From Vicinamibacterales bacterium (lineage in GTDB: Bacteria > Acidobacteriota > Vicinamibacteria > Vicinamibacterales > UBA8438), in the NCBI GenBank assembly GCA_965116765.1, contig OZ220718.1, positions 1,530,384 through 1,594,383 on the forward strand: a DNA stretch of 64,000 nt, read 5' to 3'. The position numbers and the translations under genes were made by a program. Below are positions 37,290 through 45,025 of the stretch, piece after piece. The notes below the pieces were generated by a model. It made no database searches, was not told the origin of the DNA, and was given only the letters and a program-made list of their open reading frames with translations. Positions within the stretch are counted from its first letter, which is position 1. Each line of letters begins with the position of its first letter.

Positions 37290-38254
37290 TCGAGAAATTC
37301 TACGACGGAGACGCGTACGCGAAGCTGGGCGTGGGCAGGCGCGCCACCCCGGACGAGATCCGCAGGGCCTACCGGCAGGCGATGCGGCTCTTCCACCCAG
37401 ACCAGGCCGGCGGAGACGACAGCGACCCCGTCGCGGTCGAGGCAAAAAACAGGATCGCGGCCAGCCTGAACGCCGCCTACGACCAGCTCAAGGAGCCGGA
37501 GCGACGGCGCCGCTACGATCGGCACCGGGGCTACGACGTCGACCCAGACAAGCGCGACCGCAAAGATCCGAAGACCCGGCCGCCGACCCCGCCAGCGGCG
37601 GAAGAACACCGTGCGCAGACGAAGACCGGCAGCGCCGGCGCCGCCGGGTCCCGGCCGACCCTGACGAGAAGGGGCTACGCGATCCGGGACGCAGAGGTCA
37701 AGATTTCCAAGAGAGGGACGAAATACGTGCGGGTGGAGGTCCGGCTGGCCGTGGAGGACCCCGCGCGATTCGTGACCGTCCTCGTGACCGGCCGCCGGGA
37801 TCCCCTGGATCGGGAACGGGCGGCGGGCGTCCGCGAGGGCGACGGCGTGGAGTTCACGGGCGAGCTGCGCCAGGAACGCGAGGCGTGGTCCTGCTACGCT
37901 GACACCTTCACGAGTTCGGCGGAGGGACCGAAGGCGAGCGCCGGCGCCGCCGGATCCCGGCCGACCCTGACGAGAAGGGGCTACGCGGTCCGGGACGCAG
38001 AGGTCAAGATTTCCAAGAGAGGGACGAAATACGTGCGGGTGGAGGTCCGGCTGGCCGTGGAGGACCCCGCGCGATTCGTGACCGTCCTCGTGACCGGCCG
38101 CCGGGATCCCCTGGATCGGGAACGGGCGGCGGGCGTCCGCGAGGGTGACGGCGTGGAGTTCACGGGCGAGCTGCGCCAGGAACGCGAGGCGTGGTCCTGC
38201 TACGCTGACACTTTTACGAGGTCCAGCAAGACCGAAGACGATAACCCGTTCTGA
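37286..38254 (+). CDS. J-domain protein with two tandem SSB-like OB-fold repeats
   Basis: 322 aa. The N-terminal J domain has HPD (RLFHPDQ). It is followed by a basic linker and two ~102-aa near-identical units (GYA[IV]RDAEVKISKRGTKYVRVEVRLAV..GDGVEFTGELRQEREAW). Confidence 0.8.
   Translation: MIEKFYDGDAYAKLGVGRRATPDEIRRAYRQAMRLFHPDQAGGDDSDPVAVEAKNRIAASLNAAYDQLKEPERRRRYDRHRGYDVDPDKRDRKDPKTRPPTPPAAEEHRAQTKTGSAGAAGSRPTLTRRGYAIRDAEVKISKRGTKYVRVEVRLAVEDPARFVTVLVTGRRDPLDRERAAGVREGDGVEFTGELRQEREAWSCYADTFTSSAEGPKASAGAAGSRPTLTRRGYAVRDAEVKISKRGTKYVRVEVRLAVEDPARFVTVLVTGRRDPLDRERAAGVREGDGVEFTGELRQEREAWSCYADTFTRSSKTEDDNPF
37631..38220 (+). repeat. In-frame tandem duplication, period 306 bp, nearly identical copies
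   Basis: 37631-37914 versus 37937-38220 differ at only about 5-6 positions by eye. Confidence 0.9.
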
Positions 38255-38351
38255 CGGGGCCCGGGTGAACCACCGGCGCGCTTGGCGGGCTCGCTAATGC
38301 GCCGAGGACTGCTAGTGCTACGACACGACTCCCCGCCGGTCCCGAAATTGC

Positions 38352-38886
38352 TCAGCGGCGAGCAGGAGGCGTGGCCCGGGCGACGCCCTCGCGGGTGCAT
38401 TCGGAGGTCAGGTCGCGCTCGACCTCGGCGAACAGCGCGAAGAGCGTGGGTCTTGACCTTCGTCTGGATGTCCTGCTTGCCCTCGACCCGGATGTTCTCC
38501 TTCAGAGCCACGAGGGCGCCGCCGCTTTTGGCCAAGGCGTCGAGGATGGTCACGACCTGCCCCAGCAACCGGCCGAGCCGCGAGAGCTCGCTGACGACGA
38601 GGCGGTCGCTGGGCTCGAGGTTGCGCGTCAGCTCGTGGACCGCCGGCGCTTCTCCGAGGCCTGTCCGGGGGCGGTCGCCTCGATGAAGTCGTCGACCCGG
38701 AAGTCGTGCGCACGCGCGTTCAACGCGAAGGCGCGCGTCTTCTCGGACAGGTAGTGGCGGTAGATTTCCTCCTGCCACAGCGCGCCGGTCCCCAACGCGG
38801 CGTGCCCCGGCTCGGCGACACCGACAGCCCTTCGCTCCGCTGGCCGGACGCGCCGACCCCCGCCCGGACAGGGCGCCCACTCTCAC
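38352..38886 (-). pseudogene. Serine recombinase/resolvase remnant with multiple frameshifts
   Basis: SDRLVVSELSRLGRLLGQVVTILDAL..ALKENI is in one frame, TLFALFAEVERDLTSECTREG in another, and N-terminal pieces in a third. Confidence 0.65.
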
Positions 38887-39169
38887 ACTCTACCAAGCCT
38901 GCGCGCCGTGGGTCCCCAACACCCCGGGTTCAAGGCGCGCCGGTCCGATGATCCGGTTTCCCGTTGCCTGACGCATTCCCAGGCAGATGGGAGGAACCAC
39001 AGGAGGCCGACGGTCGCGGACGGCGTGGTTGTTGTCGCGGAGGCACTGCCGTCGGGGCGCACTTGATGGGAGTTGTCGCTGATCAGGTTCGCCGCGCCCG
39101 CCGCGTGGACGAGGACGAGAACCACGCCCCGACCGACGCGTCAACCCGCTGGCTGCGGGTACTTGGCGG

Positions 39170-39749
39170 TCAGAACTTCCACACCGCCATCACGACCGGA
39201 TGTGCGGTTAATGGCACGTGCAACAGCGGTGTGGTACTGACGCCAACGCGCACGTCGAGCCCGTCCCGCAAAGGCCGCGTGACCATTAGCTCGACGTGCC
39301 ACCAGGAACGAGAGCTCCAGCCGATGCTCCGTCTCACCGGTGAGGTACCAGGCCTGACGCTCGGGGTCCGACTTCACGACGGGACTGCTCACGTGGGCGA
39401 GTAGCGGGCCGGCACCTGCGCCGATGTGGATGAAGCCCCGCCCGTCGGCATCCACCCACCGCCAGCGCCAGGTCACGTGCCCGTAGTTGCCGACCGAAGC
39501 GTCTCCCAACAGGATCGGCAGGATCGACGTGACCCCCACGGCTATGCCCGTGCGCTCGCTCCGCCACGTCGTCCACGCCAAGTCGACGGTCGGGAAGCCC
39601 GCGCGGTCGCCGAAGTCGTGGACGTCCAGCGGGTTCGACTGGAACCAGCCGCCGCCAAGCTCAAGCTCCCGCCCGGGCTCCATCTGCCCCAGAGCGGGCG
39701 AGGCCGCCAGCAGGGCGACCCCGAATGCGACCGCGAGTCGATGAATCAT
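39170..39749 (-). pseudogene. Small secreted beta-barrel-like protein (family of 10184-10663) with one frameshift
   Basis: GGGAGGAA precedes the ATG at 39749, and the signal peptide is MIHRLAVAFGVALLAASPALGQ. After about 39300 the frame with high third-position GC switches, and it ends ..PVVMAVWKF (OMP-like terminal Phe) at 39170. The ORF-track frame has low GC3 there. Confidence 0.55.
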
Positions 39750-40256
39750 CGGTTCCTCCCACCGTTTGCACAGGGGAATGCGCAGATGGCCGATGAACCG
39801 GCTCACCTGGAGAGCCGACAGAATCTGCCAATGACGAGATCCTCCGCCGATCGCCGCCGCCGTTCGGCGCCCCGCGGCAGTTGAGCGGCCGTGGTCCGTG
39901 TAGGGCTTGGGTAGCCCGGCAGATCCCGTTCGGAAAGGGATTCAACGAGGGAAGCGAGGTCTCTTCACTGCCAGCAAGTCTATTTTTGTGAATAACTTAC
40001 AAGACATCCTCGGCGGTCCGTTGAGGCCGGTTGAGCCGGTTCCCGCCGCGTTCGCGCACTCCTCGATTGAGGAGGATGCTTAAAGCCGCCGCGTGCAACA
40101 CGCCGCCCGCTACGTGCCAAGAGAAACGGGGGCAGCGTGTCTCACGCCCGAACCGACCGGGTCGCTCAGGGCGCACTTTTCCCCCAATTGGGGGGAAGGC
40201 TCCGCGGTGGGCCGCACGCTTCGGCTGCGCCGCGAGATCGACGTTGAGTGCGACCA

Positions 40257-42533
40257 CTAGCTGAGACTCCGATAGCGATCCAATACGGGTCCCCTCATGC
40301 CTGCCGGAACATGTTTCGTGACCATCTTGAACGCGTTGCCCAGTCCCCAGGCGTACCCCAGATCGACGGTCGCCTCTCCAGCCGCTTCGATGACCCTCCG
40401 AGCGGGGATTTTGAACCCAACCGCGAGCTCCACGAGTTCATGGATTCCGTCCGCGTCCGAAATCACAACGGGTGCGCAACACTCGATCGCTCGCCCCATC
40501 ATGAGGGTCGCGAGGCGCGCCGAATCGGTTGGAAGCCGATCCCAGTGATTCCAGATGATGGGAGTACGGTTCATCTGCCTGGCGCGGTCGAGCACTCGAA
40601 AGCACGCGCCGGCATCCAGAATCCGTTCGTTCGGCACGACTCCCACGCAGACCGGTCCATGGATGGTCTCGACCCGGAGGTCGAAGCCGGTGGTGTCCCA
40701 TCGCGAATCGCCGAGGACGGCCGGCCGCCCGTTTCTCAGGGCGACGGAAACGGGCTTGCGGGGGCTCCCCTTGCGGGGGAGCTTGGGCTTGGGGGCGGAC
40801 GGGATCTTCGACCAGTCCAGCGGCTCGCCGACCCTGGTCATGTCGAGGTCCACGATGTAGATGCCGGCCTCGCAACATTCGGACAGCGGCCGCACCGCGT
40901 CGGAACCCGGTTGTCTGGCCCGGAGCTCGGCGCCGTCCGGAGAAAACCCGAAGGGGTGCGTCCTGCGCCTGCTCGCGTCGCAATGGAGCGTGCAGAGACT
41001 GAAGAAGCGGTTCTCCACCGCCCGCAGGCGGAGAATCGACGACCACTTGATGTCAGTTACGTTGTCGAAGCTCGGATTGACCCACAGGCGTGCGCCGCGG
41101 GCCGCGAGGGCGCGGGGGAGGAGTCCGAGATAGTGATCGTGACAGATCGTTGCCCCGGCCGTTGTGCCGGCGAGTTGGAAGGTCGGGAGGGCCGATCTCG
41201 GCTTCCAATCCGGCCGCTCGAAGGCAACGGCGGCGGCGGTGGAGTGCTTGACGTACACCCGGGAGCGCGAGCCGCCGGGGTCGAAACGGAGAAGAACCTG
41301 CCAGGCGCGGCGGGTGTCATCGACGGTGGTGTCTACTGCACCCACGAGCAGCGGTGCATTCAGGTCCGCGGCGAGCTTCCTCAGTGATTCGGCGCGGTCC
41401 CGGTCGGACGCCGATACGTAGCCTTCGGGGAAGAGCACGAAGTCGACGGCCTCGCCGGCCAACCTGTCGGCCGTCGGCACGTCCGGCTGCTGGGCGCCGG
41501 GACCACTGGGCGGAACACCGTTCGAGGCTCTCGCTGACACCTGGGGGAACACCAACGCCGCGCGCAGGCTCGATTCCGTTCGCGCGGTCGGGCGAGGGAC
41601 TTCCATCGTTGTTCGCCTGGACCGAGAACCGCCCTGATGGATCAGGTCGGAGAAGCGATTCCGGTCTTCCTCGCTGTCTGGATCCAGCGAGCACCAGACC
41701 TGGTCGCGGGCGTAGAGCCGCACCGTGGGCTGCAAGCCCTCGACAGACGGGACGAGGTCCCGCAATGTGTCGTACCAGGCTCGCTGTTCGTCCCGGAAGA
41801 GGGGATCGTTGTCCTTCGCGTCGTGTCGTTCGCAGAGCTCCACCCAGCGTCTGGCGGGCAACCCCAGGTGATGCCTGTCCGCGTACACGGCGAGGGCGAG
41901 CTTCCGCGGGCTCGTGAAGTGCTGGCTCTCGTCGAACTCGACGATGAATCCGGGGTCGGGAACCCAGTAGTCACAGGCCGCGAGCATCGGGGTACGCACG
42001 AAGGTGCCGACCCCATACCCGCGATACCCCTCCAGAACCGCGGCCACGTCTCGGAGATCGGGGCCGATCGAGGTTCCCTCGTACGCTGCGAGGTCCGTCC
42101 GCCATCGGAATCTGTGGTCCCGCACGCACGTCCCGTAGATCCGACCGAGAAGCTGCGCGACCCGGGTCTTGCACGCGGGACACCGCTCCGAGTGGGGCTT
42201 GCGCCGGCTTGTGCGCGCCCTCCTCACCACCGGGCGGGGCAGAGTTGCGCCGGGGCGGTCGCGGACGCTGCCGCCGCAGTCGCACTCGATGACCGCGAAA
42301 CCCCGGCGCCGGAGGAACTCGTTGGACTCCGGGCCTCCGGAAAACCGATCCGAAGGCAGCAACTCGCCCGTAGCGACACGATGGGCCAGGGCAATCGTGT
42401 ACTTCGGGGGAAAATGCTCGCCCTTGGTTGCCAGGCAGTAGCCTCGACTCCTCCTTCCCGGTGGCATGCCGTCACGGATGATGATCCGTATGGCTTCCTC
42501 GACGTGCGCACCGGTGATCTGCTTCGGGATCAT
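40257..42533 (-). CDS. 758-aa multidomain protein: McrA-head-like N-domain + Zn ribbon + PD-(D/E)xK-like core + carbon-nitrogen hydrolase (nitrilase superfamily) + extra C-terminal domain
   Basis: The ORF is intact. The N-terminus is Y.L..KGEHFPPKYTIALAH..TGE.L....FSGGPESN.FL.RRGF. The Zn ribbon is CDCGG...CPAC. The nuclease-like core is CDYWVPDPGFIVEFDESQHF..RDEQRAWYDTLRD. The nitrilase triad contexts are VLFPEG / YVKHS / ATICHDHY. Confidence 0.8.
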   Translation of the reverse strand: MIPKQITGAHVEEAIRIIIRDGMPPGRRSRGYCLATKGEHFPPKYTIALAHRVATGELLPSDRFSGGPESNEFLRRRGFAVIECDCGGSVRDRPGATLPRPVVRRARTSRRKPHSERCPACKTRVAQLLGRIYGTCVRDHRFRWRTDLAAYEGTSIGPDLRDVAAVLEGYRGYGVGTFVRTPMLAACDYWVPDPGFIVEFDESQHFTSPRKLALAVYADRHHLGLPARRWVELCERHDAKDNDPLFRDEQRAWYDTLRDLVPSVEGLQPTVRLYARDQVWCSLDPDSEEDRNRFSDLIHQGGSRSRRTTMEVPRPTARTESSLRAALVFPQVSARASNGVPPSGPGAQQPDVPTADRLAGEAVDFVLFPEGYVSASDRDRAESLRKLAADLNAPLLVGAVDTTVDDTRRAWQVLLRFDPGGSRSRVYVKHSTAAAVAFERPDWKPRSALPTFQLAGTTAGATICHDHYLGLLPRALAARGARLWVNPSFDNVTDIKWSSILRLRAVENRFFSLCTLHCDASRRRTHPFGFSPDGAELRARQPGSDAVRPLSECCEAGIYIVDLDMTRVGEPLDWSKIPSAPKPKLPRKGSPRKPVSVALRNGRPAVLGDSRWDTTGFDLRVETIHGPVCVGVVPNERILDAGACFRVLDRARQMNRTPIIWNHWDRLPTDSARLATLMMGRAIECCAPVVISDADGIHELVELAVGFKIPARRVIEAAGEATVDLGYAWGLGNAFKMVTKHVPAGMRGPVLDRYRSLS

Positions 42534-42778
42534 GGCCGTTTCGACGAAATGCTACTCGCCCGTCACGCCGCAGGCCATCGTCCCCAGCCGATCAGCCTCC
42601 ATGGTCGGTGGTGTTGTCGATCTCGATACAGGACCGGCGAAGTGTCCGCAGGGTCCAAAGACGCTGCCTATGGTCCGGCGGAATCCGGCTGTGGAGGTGG
42701 GGGATAACGAGGGGAACAAGTACGCCGCAGGCGCATAAGGCACCCATTATCAATAGGTTAAGCGTCCCTCTCGTCGGA

Positions 42779-43001
42779 AGCCCCAGCCGTCGAGGGTGCG
42801 GCGCCACATCAGCCAGTCGTCCGGCGCGGGGTCCTGCAGCATCTCGTCGGTGACGGGCACGAAGTCGGACACCGGCTGGGCGTGCGCGGCGGGCGGGGCC
42901 AGGGCGACCACAGCCGCCGCCACCTCGGGCATCAGAAACACGCCGAGCAGACGCGGAACCACTCGGAGGACCGAAGATCGGATCTCTATCCGGAATCTCA
43001 T
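42779..43001 (-). pseudogene. 5' fragment (about 74 codons) of the interrupted PQQ dehydrogenase paralogue
   Basis: It encodes MRFRIE..signal..DFVPVTDEMLQDPAPDDWLMWRRTLDGWG. 42779-42880 is nearly identical to 35891-35990. Homology stops at 42778/42779. Confidence 0.75.
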
Positions 43002-43258
43002 GTTCGATGAACCTCCGTGAATGTGTCCGCCATGTCCATCTCCCGCGCATGCGTGATGTCGGCTCCGGTCGCCGGCCGCACGCACGACGATTCAATTGTG
43101 GCCACTGCCGCGGTATTGCCGTCGAGGGCGTGGAACTCGACCTCGAAGGCCGCGCCACTGCGATGGACATGCACGATCGTGCCCACGTCGCCAGCCTTGA
43201 GGTGCGCGTCGGAAACGTCCGCGGTGAGCACGACACGATCATGTTCCGCGAACATCAT
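42998..43258 (-). CDS. DUF4926-family small protein
   Basis: 86 aa: MMFAEHDRVVLTADV..GDVGTIVHVH..AFEVEF. It starts 4 nt after the upstream stop, and its own stop overlaps the ATG of the PQQ fragment (ATGA). Confidence 0.7.
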   Translation of the reverse strand: MMFAEHDRVVLTADVSDAHLKAGDVGTIVHVHRSGAAFEVEFHALDGNTAAVATIESSCVRPATGADITHAREMDMADTFTEVHRT

Positions 43259-43262
43259 CTCC

Positions 43263-43586
43263 TCAGAGGATGCGCCGAGGCTTGTCGTCTCCCGACTCGA
43301 TGATCCAGACCGTCCGCACGCGGGGATTCCGCCCGTCGGGAGTCTCGATGGCACCGTCCACGTTGTACCGGGCACCGTAAGCCGACTCCGTCAGACCGGT
43401 CACCGTTCCGTTTCGCCCGTGAGCGCGCAGGGCCTCCGCGAACGCCCTCCAATGGGTCGTGCGGAACCCGAAACCGGAGAAGAAGGCTGCCTTGCTCCTG
43501 CCATCAGGATGACGACCGGACAGGAGATAGTCCGTGATCTTGCGGCGATCGACAACCGCTTCGTCTGCACTCGGCAGCCTCTTCAT
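43263..43586 (-). CDS. DUF6883-family small protein
   Basis: 107 aa: KITDYLLS..HPDGRSKAAFFSGFGF. Its pairing with a DUF4926 gene is a recurrent two-gene arrangement. Confidence 0.7.
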   Translation of the reverse strand: MKRLPSADEAVVDRRKITDYLLSGRHPDGRSKAAFFSGFGFRTTHWRAFAEALRAHGRNGTVTGLTESAYGARYNVDGAIETPDGRNPRVRTVWIIESGDDKPRRIL

Positions 43587-43604
43587 TCCGGCGGGCCAGC
43601 CGGA

Positions 43605-44036
43605 TCAGCGGTTCCGCTCGTACGGCGCGCCGGTGCCCGACGACCCCACGAAGAAGCGCGACCCGTCGGGGAAGGTGATGTCGCGCGCGTTCGCGGTGTT
43701 CGAGCCGTCCTTGGCTCCGAAGCCGTCGATGACGAGCTCCGTGCCGTTCGGGATGGAGTTCTTGTTGAGCCCGCGCCGCATCAGCGAGTTGGGGGCGCCG
43801 CACTCGATGGCCCAGGTCGTCACCGTGCCGTCGTCGCCGGTGACGTCGACGTGGATCCACGAGTGGGGATTGATCCACTCGGTGCGCGACACCGTGCCCG
43901 TGAGCTGCAGGGGCCGGTTGGCGTCGAACTCGGCCGAGAAGGCGTGGTGCGCGGACGCCGGGGCCGCCGGCGCGAGCAGGACCAAGGCGCCGGCCGCGGC
44001 GATGAACGAGGCTGCGGTCTTTCTCATCGGTCTCAC
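43605..44036 (-). CDS. DUF6152-family small secreted protein
   Basis: 143 aa with a signal peptide, then AHHAFSAEFD...L.G.V..TEWINPHSWIHVDV. Confidence 0.7.
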   Translation of the reverse strand: MRPMRKTAASFIAAAGALVLLAPAAPASAHHAFSAEFDANRPLQLTGTVSRTEWINPHSWIHVDVTGDDGTVTTWAIECGAPNSLMRRGLNKNSIPNGTELVIDGFGAKDGSNTANARDITFPDGSRFFVGSSGTGAPYERNR

Positions 44037-44040
44037 CTGT

Positions 44041-44094
44041 TCTCACCTGATTGGGTTCACCCGAATGTCTCTCACCTGATGGGGTTGACCCGGA
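44041..44094. repeat. 2 x 27-bp tandem duplication of a gene's last codons plus stop
   Basis: TCTCACCTGATTGGGTTCACCCGAATG and TCTCACCTGATGGGGTTGACCCGGATG. Both copies read IRVNPIR-stop on the minus strand. Confidence 0.85.
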
Positions 44095-45025
44095 TGTCGT
44101 CGAGGTCGGCGCCGGTCATGAGCGACAGGTTGCGCCCGTTGCCCTCGTGACAGGCGTACTCGAACAGCATGTGGCCCTCCGGGGCACGCCGCAGCGCGTC
44201 GAACTCGATGGTCCACGGCTGGGTGAAGACCTCGGGGTCCTCGATGGTCGCCCGGTAGCGGATGGTGTCGTCGTCGACCAGGGTGAAGCGCTCGACCACG
44301 TGCAGGTTGCCGCTGTGGAACGTCCCGTGCCCCGACGTGAGGGCGCTCGCGGGGGCCCCCTCGGGGGGCGCACCGTGCCCCACCGGCCAGGTGTTGTCGG
44401 TGAAGTTGGTGACGTCGACGACCAGGGTGTTCCCCTCCCAGCGCCCGCGCGAGTCGCCCATGCCGAGGCGGATCTCGGGGTCGGGGTGGGGGCTGCCGTC
44501 GAGGGGGATGTAGCGCGAGTGGTGGTTCCACTCGTAGAGGATGACCACGTACCCCGGCACCTGCAGGATCTGGTAGGTGTTGTAGCCCACCGGCAGGTGC
44601 GCGCGCGGCAGCGCCGCCGGGAGGCACTTGACCCGCGGGTCGAGGTGCTCGAGCTCGTCCTGCCGCGCCATCAACTCGCCCCGGCGCTCGGAGGCCCACG
44701 GCTGGAACGGAATGCGGCCGTCGGGCGGGTCGACGACCATCGGCCGCTGGACGCGCCCCGGGCGCGGCGGCGCGTCGGGGTCCGGCTCGAAGAAGCGGGA
44801 GAACGCGGCCCCCTGCCCGAGGTTGACGCCCTCGGCCTGGCGCCACGAGTCGTTCGCGGCGGTCTCCATCGGCTGGGACGCGCCGGGCAGGTAGTAGCCG
44901 CGGAAGTCGGGGTCGCCCCACGGCGTGCGCGGGGGCTCGTAGTCGCCGTCCTGGCCGGCGGCGGCGGGGGCCGCGGCCAGCGCGAGAAGCAGCGCCGCGC
45001 CGAAGGCTCGTCGAGCGCTCATCAT
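44072..45025 (-). CDS. Secreted protein of an uncharacterised family (paralogue C)
   Basis: 317 aa. GGAGAAGGAG lies upstream, and ATGATGA overlaps the upstream stop. Motifs: TPWGDPDFRG, DPPDGRIP, GDSRGRWEGNTLVVDVTNF, EYACHEGN. Confidence 0.8.
   Translation of the reverse strand: MMSARRAFGAALLLALAAAPAAAGQDGDYEPPRTPWGDPDFRGYYLPGASQPMETAANDSWRQAEGVNLGQGAAFSRFFEPDPDAPPRPGRVQRPMVVDPPDGRIPFQPWASERRGELMARQDELEHLDPRVKCLPAALPRAHLPVGYNTYQILQVPGYVVILYEWNHHSRYIPLDGSPHPDPEIRLGMGDSRGRWEGNTLVVDVTNFTDNTWPVGHGAPPEGAPASALTSGHGTFHSGNLHVVERFTLVDDDTIRYRATIEDPEVFTQPWTIEFDALRRAPEGHMLFEYACHEGNGRNLSLMTGADLDDIRVNPIR

Larger units (their letters stand above)
36624..42778. mobile_element. Decayed integrative island inserted in (and deleting most of) a PQQ dehydrogenase gene
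   Basis: It is bounded by the 3' (36370-36622) and 5' (42779-43001) fragments of one gene family member. It contains integrase and resolvase remnants. No clear att direct repeats were found. Confidence 0.6.

Noticed and set aside
37631-38220. The tandem repeats (here and at 7189-7522) as template/variable repeats of a diversity-generating retroelement.
   Set aside because: The few mismatches are not adenine-specific, and no reverse transcriptase gene is present in the window.
40179-40197. The palindrome TTCCCCCAATTGGGGGGAA downstream of the 758-aa gene as a rho-independent terminator.
   Set aside because: There is no U-tract on either strand. It may still be a hairpin or a protein-binding site, but there is not enough evidence to annotate it.
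42552-42743. A 63-aa ORF immediately upstream of the 758-aa gene as a partner gene.
   Set aside because: It has no RBS, no motif, and a composition typical of a random ORF in GC-rich DNA.
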